64,000 nt of DNA. Source: Polyangiales bacterium (GTDB taxonomy: Bacteria > Myxococcota_A > Polyangia > Polyangiales > Polyangiaceae). Below, piece by piece: positions 1 to 9,819 of the stretch. Positions within the stretch are counted from its first letter, which is position 1. Every line of letters begins with the position of its first letter. The notes below the pieces were generated by a model. The model made no database searches. It was not told the DNA's origin and was given only the letters and a program-made list of their open reading frames with translations. A program made the position numbers and the translations under genes. The stretch covers positions 288,001 to 352,000 of the forward strand of contig JBBRLQ010000001.1 in assembly GCA_038231275.1 (NCBI GenBank), given 5' to 3'.

Positions 1-76
1 CCACCGCGAGCGAGAAGGCGAAGAGCGCGACGATGGCCACAGGTGGCCGACGCCGAGGAAAAGCAGTGTCGTTCAT
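1..76 (-). CDS. 5' part of a secreted or membrane protein running off the window edge
   Basis: ATG at 76 overlaps the TGA of the GH31 gene (ATGA). Translates MNDTAFPRRRPPVAIVALFAFSLAV, which looks like a signal peptide. Confidence 0.7.
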   Translation of the reverse strand, partial: MNDTAFPRRRPPVAIVALFAFSLAV

Positions 77-1875
77 TCGATTACCAGTGTGACAGGACCG
101 GAGCCCGGCGCGAGCTTGACGAGCGTCGTGCGATCCTCGGGAGACGCGAGCCACCCACTCGCGGCAAGGTCGAGCTCGGCGCGCGTCGTCGCCTGCGTGA
201 GCGCCGCCGCGGCCACCGTCACCTTCGTCGCGGCGACGTCGGCGCGAACGCGGAAGATCGTCGGTGCGAGAAGGCGCGACGCCGTCACCGTGGTCTGCGT
301 GCCGACGCGCTGCGTCCCCAGCGTCGTCTTCGCGTCGTCGGTGTCGTGAAGGACGAACGAGGACGCGGCAGCCCCTGGCCACACGCGGATCTCCGACGCC
401 ATCGGCACGATCGCCCCTTGCCGAACGAAGAGCGGCATCACGTGCCGATCGGTGGCGTCGTACGCCGTGAGCATCGTGCCCCCGGCCGTCGCGTCGGCGA
501 GCGGCTTCCACCAATCGTACCAGGCGCTACCGTCCGGCAGCGCGACGTCGCGCGTGCCCTTGTCGTCGAGGATCGGCGCGACGAGGAACGCGCCGCCGAG
601 CACGAAGCGCGCGTCGCCGAGCCAGCTCTTGCCCTTCGCCGTGGGGTCGCGCGGATCGTCGCCGAGGGGTGCAACGGGAGGCGGCGCGCCGGCGTAGCTC
701 TCTTCGGTGACGCTGTAGAAGAACGGCACGAGCTCGTGGTGGAGCTTGGCCCAGTAGCGATAGATCTCCACCGTCTCGTCGGGTCGCTCGGGCACCGTCC
801 ACGGCGCGTAGTTGCCGCGGCCGTGCAGCTGCATGAGCGGACACAGCGCGCCGACCGCGATCCACCGCGCGAAAACCGTCTGCGAAAACGGGATGCTCGG
901 CCCGAGCACGTTCTTGTCGTCGCGATCGAGGTAACCGCCGACGTCGGAGCCGACGACCGCATAGCCCGCGCGCGCCGAGCGCAAAATGGTGTCGAGGGCG
1001 TCCATGAGGCCAACCCAGTCGCGGCGGTTGTCGCCCGCCCAAGCGATCGGCGAGTCCTCTTTCTTCGCGAAGAAGCGACCGGCGAACTCGTACGACTCGT
1101 CCCACGCGCGCGTCATCGTCGCAAAGTCCGGCCCACGCACCGCGCGCCCGTACGCGAGAAAATCTGCGTAATACGCCTGCGAATAGTCTTGAAGCGCCTT
1201 CGGCCCCGCCGACGTCGCCAGCGTCGCGAGCGGGAGGTAGCTCTCGCCGAAGTCGAGCTTCCATCCGTCGATGCCTGCGTTCAGCACCGTGTCTTGCTGC
1301 GCGTGCCACCACGCGCGCGCCGGTCCCGAGAAGAAGTCGACCGCCGCGCCGCGCCCCTTCCACCACGGAAAGGTGTCCCCGTGCTCGACGAAGTAACCGC
1401 ACCGTTGCCCCTCGTCGAGGTTCGGCGCGGGGCCGGTGTACGTGTCGCCGCCGGGCTCGAGATCGAACGAGCTCTCGTTGACCATCTGCGTGGTCCACAA
1501 GACGACGCGGACGCCGCGCGCGTGCATGTCGGACACCATCGACGCGAAGCGCGGGTAGCGTGCCTCGTTGGGGATGAGCGTCGAGTACGACGTCTCCCAC
1601 GGGCTATCGAGGACGACGACGCCGACCGGAATGTCGCGCGATTGGAAGCCGCCGACGAAGTCGTAGGTGTCGGGCCCCGTCGAGATGTCTTTGCTGATCC
1701 ACGGCTCGAACGCCCACCGCGGCGTGTGGCGCGACGGCGTCGGCGGATCGGCCATTCCGGTAGTCGGGCACGAAGGCGATGGCGACGCAGGCGAGCTCGA
1801 CTTCGTGGAGCAGGCAGCACCGGCCGCGACCGCGGCGAAGGCGAACGTCGCCGCGAGCGCTGAATTGAACCGCAC
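73..1875 (-). CDS. Glycoside hydrolase family 31 (alpha-glucosidase/xylosidase-like) lipoprotein
   Basis: Motifs DIPVGVVVLDSPWE, GIDGWKLDFGE (nucleophile), WAGDN, GSDVGGY. Likely GTG start at 1875 gives a lipoprotein signal VRFNSALAATFAFAAVAAGAAC. Confidence 0.88.
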   Translation of the reverse strand: MRFNSALAATFAFAAVAAGAACSTKSSSPASPSPSCPTTGMADPPTPSRHTPRWAFEPWISKDISTGPDTYDFVGGFQSRDIPVGVVVLDSPWETSYSTLIPNEARYPRFASMVSDMHARGVRVVLWTTQMVNESSFDLEPGGDTYTGPAPNLDEGQRCGYFVEHGDTFPWWKGRGAAVDFFSGPARAWWHAQQDTVLNAGIDGWKLDFGESYLPLATLATSAGPKALQDYSQAYYADFLAYGRAVRGPDFATMTRAWDESYEFAGRFFAKKEDSPIAWAGDNRRDWVGLMDALDTILRSARAGYAVVGSDVGGYLDRDDKNVLGPSIPFSQTVFARWIAVGALCPLMQLHGRGNYAPWTVPERPDETVEIYRYWAKLHHELVPFFYSVTEESYAGAPPPVAPLGDDPRDPTAKGKSWLGDARFVLGGAFLVAPILDDKGTRDVALPDGSAWYDWWKPLADATAGGTMLTAYDATDRHVMPLFVRQGAIVPMASEIRVWPGAAASSFVLHDTDDAKTTLGTQRVGTQTTVTASRLLAPTIFRVRADVAATKVTVAAAALTQATTRAELDLAASGWLASPEDRTTLVKLAPGSGPVTLVIE

Positions 1876-2052
1876 GGGCGGAAAGGTAGTCGGCGAAGCG
1901 CGCGCCCGCAACGAGTCGCATCGACGCGCGCTGGATCTCCCGCGCGCGCCTTCGACGACCGGCGATCCATGTAGGACACACGCGTTTGGTCGCAAATCAG
2001 GCTTGATTTCGTGTGCCGGAGGAATCCGCCGAGGACACGGCAACGCGCGCGG

Positions 2053-2068
2053 CGGCACCCTCCTTGCT
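2053..2068 (+). promoter_or_regulatory. Sigma54 (-24/-12) promoter of the double-Gly peptide gene
   Basis: CGGCAC-CCTCC-TTGCT, followed by SD GAGGAG at 2081 and ATG at 2093. Confidence 0.7.
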
Positions 2069-2092
2069 GAAGGGAAGCTCGAGGAGAGTGCC

Positions 2093-2728
2093 ATGAACGA
2101 TCGTCAGAACAGCGGTGGCTTCGGTGCGGCGCGCAGGTTCGAGGAGCTCGACATGGGTGATCTCGACGAGGTCCACGGAGGCTTCCTGCCCATCATCTAC
2201 GGCATCGGGGCAGCGATCGAGGTCGCGGCGCCGGGCGCGATCGCGGCGCTCGGCGCGGCAGGATGGGCCGTCGCGAGCAACCCCGCGGCGGTCGTGCGAG
2301 GGATCACCAACGGCATCCAGAGCATCGGCAACGCGTACGACGCGGCGAACAACTACCTGAACCCGACCCCCGGCCACGGCGCGCCCGGCGACACGTACGT
2401 CCCGGCGACGGCGAACCCCGATGGCTCGATCAACCCCGGCCACTTCGAGGCCCCCGGCGCGTCGAGCCAAGACCAAGGCCAGACCGACGCGCAGGGCGAC
2501 GCCAGCGGCGACACGAGTGGCGACACCGGCGGTGACACCGGGGGCGACACCGGCGGCGATACCGGCGGTGACACCGGGGGCGACACCGGCGGTGACACCG
2601 GAGGCGATACCGGCGGTGACACTGGAGGCGATACCGGCGGCGATACCGGTGGTGACACGGGCGGCGAGACCGGCGGTGACACGGGCGGCGATACCGGCGG
2701 CGGTGGCGACTCCGGCGGCGGGGACTGA
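2093..2728 (+). CDS. Double-glycine-leader bacteriocin-like precursor with acidic Gly-rich repeat tail (211 aa)
   Basis: Strong SD. Leader FEELDMGDLDEVHGG, then hydrophobic Gly/Ala core FLPIIYGIGAAIEVAAPGAIAALGAAGWAV, then a (DTGG)n tail. Confidence 0.7.
   Translation: MNDRQNSGGFGAARRFEELDMGDLDEVHGGFLPIIYGIGAAIEVAAPGAIAALGAAGWAVASNPAAVVRGITNGIQSIGNAYDAANNYLNPTPGHGAPGDTYVPATANPDGSINPGHFEAPGASSQDQGQTDAQGDASGDTSGDTGGDTGGDTGGDTGGDTGGDTGGDTGGDTGGDTGGDTGGDTGGDTGGETGGDTGGDTGGGGDSGGGD
2498..2701 (+). repeat. Coding 12-bp tandem repeat, 17 units (DASG, DTSG, 14x DTGG, 1x ETGG)
   Basis: GAC ACC GGC GGY-type units with variation mostly at third codon positions. Confidence 0.95.
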
Positions 2729-2729
2729 G

Positions 2730-4799
2730 TTACTTCGTCGCCGGCGACGCGCAATGGCCGGCGATGCACTGGACGCCGAGCGCGGCGTCGCAGCAGTCGG
2801 CGGCGGTGGTGCACTTCTCGAAGATGTTGGCGCAGCCCGAGGGCGGCGACACGCACGCGAGGGTCGTCCCGCCGCCGTCGCCGGGGACCTGGCGGCAGAA
2901 GCCGTTGCAGCACTCGTCGCCCGACTCGCAGCTGGTGCCGTTCTGCTTGCACGGGTCGAGCGCCCAGAAGCCGCGCATGTTGCCGGCCTCGAACTCCTGG
3001 CCCTCGAGGTAAAACGGCGCGTGGCTCGGATCTTTGCCGGGCGTCGGGTTCATGTCGACGGCGACGACCCACAGCTTCTTCCGATTCGCGTCGCCCCACG
3101 GATCGGCGCCGACGATGAGGTTGCCGAGGCGGCGGCGGCTCGTGAAGACGACCCAGTAATAGCCGCCCACGCCCAGCGGGAGCACCGTCGGCTCGTAGTT
3201 GAGGTGCAGATCCGCCGAGCCGTACGGGATGTACGGCTGGCCGGCGCGCACGCCGTTCGCCGCGTCCATCGCCACCTTCGTCTTCGTCGCGAGGTCGACG
3301 AAGTAGAGATCGCCGTGGCTGTTGCTCCACGTCGCGAAGTCTTGGCTGTCGACGGAGTGGTAGACGAACGACTTGGTGTCCGGCAAAAACGCCGGCCAGC
3401 CGAGGAACGCCGCCGGATCGCTCACGACCGACGTGAGGGCCGAGAACGTCTTGGTCCCGACGTCGAAGGCCATCGCGGAGAGCGAGTGACCTTGCCCCTG
3501 ATCGTAGTGGTTGAACGCGATCATCTTTCCGTCGGCGGAGAACGACGGCATGATCGCGTGGATGCCGGTCATTCCCGGTGCGGTGACCGGGCTGCCTGTC
3601 TTCAGGTCGAGCAGCTGCGATGTGCGATCGCCGGACATTCCAGGCACGTTCGGGGGCCACGAGCCGGCGAGCGTTCCGCACGTGAGCATGAGCGAGCCGT
3701 CCGGGTAGACGCCGCCGAAGCCGTAGAGCGGATCGCCGCGCGGCGTCTTCGTCCCGGTCCCCAGGTCGATCATCGTACCGGTCTGGTAGGCGTTGCTGTC
3801 GTCCGCGGACGGGCCGCCTTGGCTGACGAGCACGTTGCCCTGCGCGCTGACGGCGTGGCACACGGTGCAGCCGCCGCTCAGGATGTCGGCGGTCGCGCCC
3901 GGCTTGATGCGCATGACCGCGCCGCGCCCGTTGTTCAGCGGCGAGCTGTACGTGTTGTAGTAGACGGTGCCCTTGAGGCTGCCGGACGCGATCGTCCACG
4001 TCTCGGTGATCGGTCCCGCGACGGCGGCGCCCGTCATCTTCGTGACCTCGACCTTCAGCGGATCGCTCACGCCGACGGACTTGGTGATCGTGGCCCACGT
4101 CGCCGGGGGGATCGCGGCGCGACCCGGGCTGCTCGCGCCGAAGAAGCCCTTGTACTCGATGTTCTTGCCCGTCACGTGCACGTAGGTCGCCGTCGGCGCC
4201 TGGCCCGCGAATTGGAGCGTCGGCGGGAGGAGGCCGCGCGGGAACACGGTCTGGTCGTACGGGTAGAGCCACGCGAACGTCGCGTCGCCGGTGCCGCCGC
4301 CGGCGAGCGTGCCTTGCGTGCCGGGCGGGACCGCGCCGGGGTTCTCGACGATGTGATAGTGGACGCTGATCGTCGTCTGCCCCTTCAGGTTGCCCGACTG
4401 CGCGCTCACGACGGCTTGGCCGCCGAGCGTGCCGGTCGAGAAGAGGCCGTTCTGATCGATCGTGCCGACCTGGACGTTGTCGACCGACCAGTTCGCCTGG
4501 ACGGGTCCGCCGCCGCCGGGCGCGGTTGCCGTGAACTGCTGCGTGGTCGCGGGCGCGCCGAACGTCGCGTCGAGCACGATGCCGGCTGGCGTCACGATGA
4601 GCGCGCCTGCCGCGGCGTCGCCGAAAGTCGGTGGCGTTCCAAAGTTGTCGCCGTCTGTCGTGCCGCCGCCGTCGCCGCCCGTGCCTGGGCCGTCGCCGAA
4701 GCCTTCGCCGTTCTTCGCGCCGCCGCAACCGCCACCGATCGCCGTCGCCGCTCCGAGCGCAACGAGCAAGACCATCCACCGCGAAGAGAAGTTTTTCAT
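2730..4799 (-). CDS. Myxobacterial lipoprotein with TolB/PD40-like beta-propeller and Cys-rich C-terminus
   Basis: Lipobox GGGC; propeller-type segments MPSFSADGK and WPAFLPD; C-terminal CxxxxxCC repeats. Confidence 0.75.
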   Translation of the reverse strand: MKNFSSRWMVLLVALGAATAIGGGCGGAKNGEGFGDGPGTGGDGGGTTDGDNFGTPPTFGDAAAGALIVTPAGIVLDATFGAPATTQQFTATAPGGGGPVQANWSVDNVQVGTIDQNGLFSTGTLGGQAVVSAQSGNLKGQTTISVHYHIVENPGAVPPGTQGTLAGGGTGDATFAWLYPYDQTVFPRGLLPPTLQFAGQAPTATYVHVTGKNIEYKGFFGASSPGRAAIPPATWATITKSVGVSDPLKVEVTKMTGAAVAGPITETWTIASGSLKGTVYYNTYSSPLNNGRGAVMRIKPGATADILSGGCTVCHAVSAQGNVLVSQGGPSADDSNAYQTGTMIDLGTGTKTPRGDPLYGFGGVYPDGSLMLTCGTLAGSWPPNVPGMSGDRTSQLLDLKTGSPVTAPGMTGIHAIMPSFSADGKMIAFNHYDQGQGHSLSAMAFDVGTKTFSALTSVVSDPAAFLGWPAFLPDTKSFVYHSVDSQDFATWSNSHGDLYFVDLATKTKVAMDAANGVRAGQPYIPYGSADLHLNYEPTVLPLGVGGYYWVVFTSRRRLGNLIVGADPWGDANRKKLWVVAVDMNPTPGKDPSHAPFYLEGQEFEAGNMRGFWALDPCKQNGTSCESGDECCNGFCRQVPGDGGGTTLACVSPPSGCANIFEKCTTAADCCDAALGVQCIAGHCASPATK

Positions 4800-4872
4800 G
4801 ACCCCGGAAGCCTATTGAACAGCTACCGCGGCGCCCGTCGCAGTCACGTCTCGATTCGGGTTTGCGTGGATC

Positions 4873-6597
4873 TCAACGGATCCACGTCGCGAGCTCACAC
4901 CAGAGGAGCACGCGGTCGCGCGCGCCGGCGAGCGCGAAGAGACTCGTGTCGAGGCCGAACGCGGCCAGCGTCTCGAGCGCGGCGCGCGCGGCCTGCGCGG
5001 GCGGGTCGAGAGGAGGGATCGCGCCACGCGGGGCACGTAGGACCATCGGAACGAGCGCGCCGTCTTCGTCGCCCGCGCGGCGGCGGGCGCTCGCGAGCGC
5101 TTCCTCGAAGCCTCCGAGCGTGTCGACGAGGCGCTTGCCCGACGCGGCGGCGCCCGACCAGACGCGACCTTCGGCGACCTTCTCGATCGCCTCGATCGAC
5201 TGATCGCGGCCGCGCGCGACGATCGACACGAACGCGCGGTACATCCCGTCGAGCTCGCGTCCGAGGGCTCCTCGCTCGTCGTCGGTGAGCGCGCGGGCGG
5301 GATCGAGCATGTCGGAGCGGACGCCGCGCTTCACGGTCTCGGTGACGACGCCGATGCGCTTCAGGAGCGGCTCGAGGACGATGCGCGCAGCGACGACGCC
5401 GATGGAGCCCGTGATGGTGGTCGGCTGCGCGACGATCTCGTGCGCAGGCGCCGCGACGTAGTAGCCGCCGCTCGCCGCGACGTTGGCGAAGCACGCGACG
5501 ACCGGCTTCTCCTTCGCGAGCTGCTCGATCTCGTGGTGGATGCGATCGCTCGCGAGTGCGCTGCCGCCAGGTGAATCGACGTGGAGGACGACGCTCTTGA
5601 CGCGGCGGTTGGCGCGCGCGGCCCGCACGATCGCGATGAGCGATTCGTCCGTCGCGCCGCCGCCCAACCCGCTTCCTCCCATGAAGCCCTGGCTCGAAAT
5701 CGCGCCGTGGACCGGAATGACGCCAACCACCGATGGGAGGCGAATCGCAGGAAGGCGGGCGCGGCGTACGCGGGCGAGGTAGCGCTGCGCAGAGACGAGC
5801 GTGGCGCGGCCGCCGCCTTCGCCGGCGATCTTCGCGGGGAGCTCGTCCTCGTACGCGGCGCCGTCGACGAGGCCAACCTCGATCGCCCTCTCCGCGCGGT
5901 ACGGCGCGCCGTCGACGATCGCGCGCGCCGCCTCGCGGTCGACCTTGCGCCCCTCGCCGATCGCCAGGAGGAGCTGCGCGTAGAAGACCTCCTGGATCGC
6001 CTCGAGCTGCTCGCGCTGCGCGTCGCTCATCGTGTCGCGGACGAGCTGCTCGCCGGCGCTCTTGTACTCGCCGCGCGCGACGATTTGCGGGACGAGCCCG
6101 GCCTTCGCGAGCGCGCCCTTGATGTAGCGGACGCTCGTGGCGAAGCCGAGCGGGGCGAGCGTGGCCTGCGGACCCACGAAGATCTTGGACGCCGCGCTCG
6201 CGACGTAGAGCTCCTTCGTGTCGCCGCCGAGCGGCAGGTGGACGACGATCTCCTTGTTCGCGGCGCGCAGGCGCATGAGGAGCGCGCGCAGCGACGTCGC
6301 GGTGGCCATGCCGGCGCCGAGCGACTTGATGGTGAGCACGATCCCGCGAACGCGCGCGTCGGTGCGCATCGCGTCGATGAGATCCGAGAGATCGTGAAGC
6401 ACGAGCGGCCGCGGTCGTCCGCTCCGCAAGACGCGCTGCCAGAAAGGACGCGACGCCGCCACGTCGACCACCGCGCCGTCGATGTCGATCGTGAGGTACG
6501 CCCCCTTCGGCGCCGCGCGCGCGCGCAAGAGGCGCCGAAGCGGGAGCATGAGGAGCGCGTAGGCGAACCGAATCAGACGAGCGAACAGGGCCAGCAT
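4873..6597 (-). CDS. sppA: Signal peptide peptidase SppA (protease IV, S49)
   Basis: GEYKSAGE, VDSPGGSALASD, VAASGGYY, TITGSIGV, AEGRVWSG. Start set at MLALFAR. Confidence 0.92.
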   Translation of the reverse strand: MLALFARLIRFAYALLMLPLRRLLRARAAPKGAYLTIDIDGAVVDVAASRPFWQRVLRSGRPRPLVLHDLSDLIDAMRTDARVRGIVLTIKSLGAGMATATSLRALLMRLRAANKEIVVHLPLGGDTKELYVASAASKIFVGPQATLAPLGFATSVRYIKGALAKAGLVPQIVARGEYKSAGEQLVRDTMSDAQREQLEAIQEVFYAQLLLAIGEGRKVDREAARAIVDGAPYRAERAIEVGLVDGAAYEDELPAKIAGEGGGRATLVSAQRYLARVRRARLPAIRLPSVVGVIPVHGAISSQGFMGGSGLGGGATDESLIAIVRAARANRRVKSVVLHVDSPGGSALASDRIHHEIEQLAKEKPVVACFANVAASGGYYVAAPAHEIVAQPTTITGSIGVVAARIVLEPLLKRIGVVTETVKRGVRSDMLDPARALTDDERGALGRELDGMYRAFVSIVARGRDQSIEAIEKVAEGRVWSGAAASGKRLVDTLGGFEEALASARRRAGDEDGALVPMVLRAPRGAIPPLDPPAQAARAALETLAAFGLDTSLFALAGARDRVLLWCELATWIR

Positions 6598-6789
6598 CGC
6601 CCGGGAATCTAACGCTGCCAGGCGTGCGTCGCCGTCCTTTGTCCTCCACGCGCGACGAATTGGACGCCAAAGTGCGAGGAACGTCCGCCGAATCGAAACC
6701 AGAGGGGATTTTCCCCGCGGAACCGATCCGTTCGGACCCAAAGTCGTCCGAGAGCGCACGAGAGGGGCTACGTTCGAGGCAGCGCGACC

Positions 6790-7500
6790 ATGGCCCGACC
6801 GACGCCCCTCCTCGCGCTCGCGCTCACGTGCATGACGGCGAGCACGCGCACGCGCGCCGACGAGCCGGTCGCCGGGACCTCCGCCGATGTGCCGGCTTCG
6901 CCAGTCGAGCCGCCCGCGGCAACGCCCGTCGATCCACCTGTCGAGGGGCCCGTCGCGGCACCGATTGAGATCGTGGAGCCGCCGCCGCGCAAGAACGCGT
7001 TCCTCGTGTACCCGATCGCGCTCTGGCTCGGCCGCATCAGCCTCGCGTACCAGCGCAGCCTCGTCGGCCGTCACGTCCTCGCGATCGGCGCCTTCGCGCA
7101 AGCGAGCGGCTTTCTGATCCCGACGGACGCGCAAGCGATGGCCGGCGCCGGCGGCGAGATCGGCTACCTCTTCTACTCACGCGCAGGGATGAGCGGCTTC
7201 TTCTTCGGCCCCAGCGTCGGCCTCGGCCGCTACTACTACGCGTCGAGCCTCAAGCTGAAGGACGTCCTCGCGGGGGATTTCTCGATCACCAAGAACTCGG
7301 GCTTCTTCAGCTCGTTCGCGTTCTCGTTCGACGCCGGCTACCAGCACATCTTCAAGAACGGCGGCCTCCTCGGCTTCGGATTGGGTGCACAATACAATTT
7401 CGCCACGAAGACCGAGCAGGAGATGTCGCCCATCGCGTTCCTCTTCGCCGGCACCGGCGTGCGGCCTCGCTTCCTCTTCGTCGTCGGCGCCGCGCTCTGA
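6790..7500 (+). CDS. Putative outer-membrane beta-barrel protein (DUF3575-like)
   Basis: Signal peptide, Pro-rich linker, alternating aromatic/Gly beta strands (GYQHIF, GFGLGAQY). Confidence 0.6.
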   Translation: MARPTPLLALALTCMTASTRTRADEPVAGTSADVPASPVEPPAATPVDPPVEGPVAAPIEIVEPPPRKNAFLVYPIALWLGRISLAYQRSLVGRHVLAIGAFAQASGFLIPTDAQAMAGAGGEIGYLFYSRAGMSGFFFGPSVGLGRYYYASSLKLKDVLAGDFSITKNSGFFSSFAFSFDAGYQHIFKNGGLLGFGLGAQYNFATKTEQEMSPIAFLFAGTGVRPRFLFVVGAAL

Positions 7501-7534
7501 ACGCGGTCAGACGTTCGGGCTCTGAGCCCGCCGT

Positions 7535-7993
7535 TCAACGCGGCGCCTGCACGAACGTCGCCTGGAACGCGACCCGCTTCCAGCCGTCGTCGGCGAGGCG
7601 CCACACCTGCGTGAACCGGATGGTGGAGGTCCCGAGGCTGCCGCCGGTGATGTCGTTCGCCCCGAGCACGATGCCAAAGGTCCCGTGCTCGGAGATTTCG
7701 ACGTCGCGGAAGGTCACGTTGCTGCCTTGCTGCTGCGACTGCGCGTAGGCGAGCCACTCGGCGCGGCGAAGCACGCGTCCGCCGACGTCGGTGTGGACGT
7801 ACTCGGGAGCGAGCAGCGCATCGAGCGTCTTCATGTCGTGCGCGGCCCACGCTTCGCCGAACGCGCGAACGCTGTCACGGAGCGAAGCGGTCGCAGTGGT
7901 GCTCCTCGCGGGCGGCGCGGCCGGCGGGGACGGCGGGGTTTGGCAGGCGGCGAGGAGCGAGGTAGCAAGCAAGAGTGCGAGCGCGCGAGTCAT
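7535..7993 (-). CDS. NTF2-like (DUF4440) lipoprotein
   Basis: Lipobox LAAC; DMKTLDALLAPEYVH...RFTQVW...GWKRVAFQ. Confidence 0.85.
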   Translation of the reverse strand: MTRALALLLATSLLAACQTPPSPPAAPPARSTTATASLRDSVRAFGEAWAAHDMKTLDALLAPEYVHTDVGGRVLRRAEWLAYAQSQQQGSNVTFRDVEISEHGTFGIVLGANDITGGSLGTSTIRFTQVWRLADDGWKRVAFQATFVQAPR

Positions 7994-8025
7994 TGCGAGG
8001 CGAGGCTACGCTACTCCGCGCAAGG

Positions 8026-9819
8026 TCAGATGTTCGTGATGACCTGATCGGCCGGCACCAGGATCATCGCCTTCTGCGCCGGCACGGTCACGTTGAGGAC
8101 GCCGTTCGCATCGGTCGAATACTTCGGCGTCGTCGGATCGAGGATATCGACCAGCTGCGCGCCCTTGCGAGAGGAGGTCAGCGACTTGGTGCCGTCGGTT
8201 GTCGCGCTCGGCTTCTTGCCATTGGTGTTTAAGACGACGAGCGCGTACGCAGCACCTGCGTCGCCGCCGGTGCGCTCGTACGCGAACATCCCCGCGTCGC
8301 CTTCTTGCCCGACGTGCGGCGTCGAGTACACGACGTTCAAGTCCCCGCGCGTGAGCGCCTTGTACGCGCGACGGATGCGCGACAGCTTTCGGAAATGCTG
8401 GAACGTGTCCGGCGTGCGAGAAAATCCGGTGTGCCAGAGCACCTCGCGGTTCGCCGGATCGTTGCCACCCGCGAACTCCTGCTCGGTCCCGTAGTAGAGG
8501 CACGGAATCCCGTCCTCGGTCATGAGCAGCGTGAGCGCGTTCTTGAGCGCGTCCTTGTCGCCCGCCGCGTCGAAGAGGAAGCGGCTCACGTCGTGGTTGT
8601 CGAGGAAGTTCACGAGCGCCTTGGCGGGCGCGACGCCGATGCCGCCGGGCTGCGGCGCGGTGGCGTAGTTCGTCGTCCGCTGCGCCCAGAGGGCCGCGAT
8701 CTGATCGGTTCCCTTCTGCTGCGCCGGGTCGTGCGCCATCTGGAACACGTCGTGGAACACCTGAAAATGCTGCGAGAAGTAGAACACGCTGTCGAGCATG
8801 CCGGGCTGCGTGTAGCGACCGAGCAGATCGTCGTGGCCATCGAAGGCCTCGCCGAACATGAGGAAGTTGCTCTTGCCCTGCGGCGCCAGGCGCTGCCGCA
8901 CCTTGCCCGCAAACTCCTTCCAGAAGTCCTCCTCGACGTGCTTCACCGTGTCGATGCGGAAGCCGTCGAAGTCGGCGAGCTCCACCCACTTCGTGTACCC
9001 GTCGATGAGCGCGGCGCGGACCTCGGGCAACTCGGTCGCGACGTCCTTCAATCCGCCCGGGAAGTCGCCGAGCATGCGCTGCTCGGGGATGTCATAGTTC
9101 AAGATACGTCCGAAGCCGTGGTACGCGCTCGCGGTGCCGAGGATGCCGGGCGGCGGCTCGCGGTTGATCGCCGCGTCGTGGATGAAGATGATCGGCGCGC
9201 GCCCGTCGTTGCCGAGCGACGTCGACGCTTGCACACCGCGCGGATCGTAGTCGGGATCGAACTCGCTGATGCGCGTGACGGGCGACGTGCCGCCGGTGCC
9301 GGCGATGTAGATGTCGGCGTGCCCGTTCAGGTTCATGTCGTAATAGAAGACTTGCCCCATGTGGTTGGTCACGATGTCGAGCACCACCTTGAGGCCCTTG
9401 TCGTGGGCGCTCGCGATCATCGAGCGGAGCGCGGCGAGGTCGCCGAAGTGCGGGTTGGTCTGCCCGAGATCTTGCGCCCAGTAGCCGTGGTAGCCGTCGA
9501 CGTCGGCGTCGGTCTCGACGTTCTTCACGACGGGGGAGATCCAGAGGGTCGTGACGCCGAGGTCGGTGAAGTAGTCGAGGTGGTCCTCGATGCCCTTCCA
9601 GTCGCCGCCTTGGTAGCGCGCGAGGGCGCCGGCTTCGACGCGGGCGTTGTTGTTGACGTCGCCGTCGGCGAAGCGGTCGATGAGGACCTGGTAGATGACC
9701 TCGTCGCGCCAGTCCTGGACGTGGGTGGCGAGGATCGGCTGCTTGGCGTTGTCAGGAACACTGACGCAGGCGGCCCCGGGCAGGAGGCAGGCCGCGGCGA
9801 CCAAAGTGGTCCTACCCAT
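8026..9819 (-). CDS. Alpha-amylase family (GH13) lipoprotein
   Basis: YQVLIDRFADGD, YHGYW, DIVTNH, DGFRIDTVKH, GEAF, FLDNHD; lipobox GAAC. An alternative ATG lies at 9870. Confidence 0.92.
   Translation of the reverse strand: MGRTTLVAAACLLPGAACVSVPDNAKQPILATHVQDWRDEVIYQVLIDRFADGDVNNNARVEAGALARYQGGDWKGIEDHLDYFTDLGVTTLWISPVVKNVETDADVDGYHGYWAQDLGQTNPHFGDLAALRSMIASAHDKGLKVVLDIVTNHMGQVFYYDMNLNGHADIYIAGTGGTSPVTRISEFDPDYDPRGVQASTSLGNDGRAPIIFIHDAAINREPPPGILGTASAYHGFGRILNYDIPEQRMLGDFPGGLKDVATELPEVRAALIDGYTKWVELADFDGFRIDTVKHVEEDFWKEFAGKVRQRLAPQGKSNFLMFGEAFDGHDDLLGRYTQPGMLDSVFYFSQHFQVFHDVFQMAHDPAQQKGTDQIAALWAQRTTNYATAPQPGGIGVAPAKALVNFLDNHDVSRFLFDAAGDKDALKNALTLLMTEDGIPCLYYGTEQEFAGGNDPANREVLWHTGFSRTPDTFQHFRKLSRIRRAYKALTRGDLNVVYSTPHVGQEGDAGMFAYERTGGDAGAAYALVVLNTNGKKPSATTDGTKSLTSSRKGAQLVDILDPTTPKYSTDANGVLNVTVPAQKAMILVPADQVITNI

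Noticed and set aside
1667-2092. Longer start for the DTGG-repeat protein
   Set aside because: Overlaps the GH31 gene; promoter and SD point to ATG 2093.
2498-2701. Possible CRISPR array or non-coding VNTR
   Set aside because: 12-bp units with no spacers; variation is mostly synonymous, so it is a coding repeat. No cas genes.
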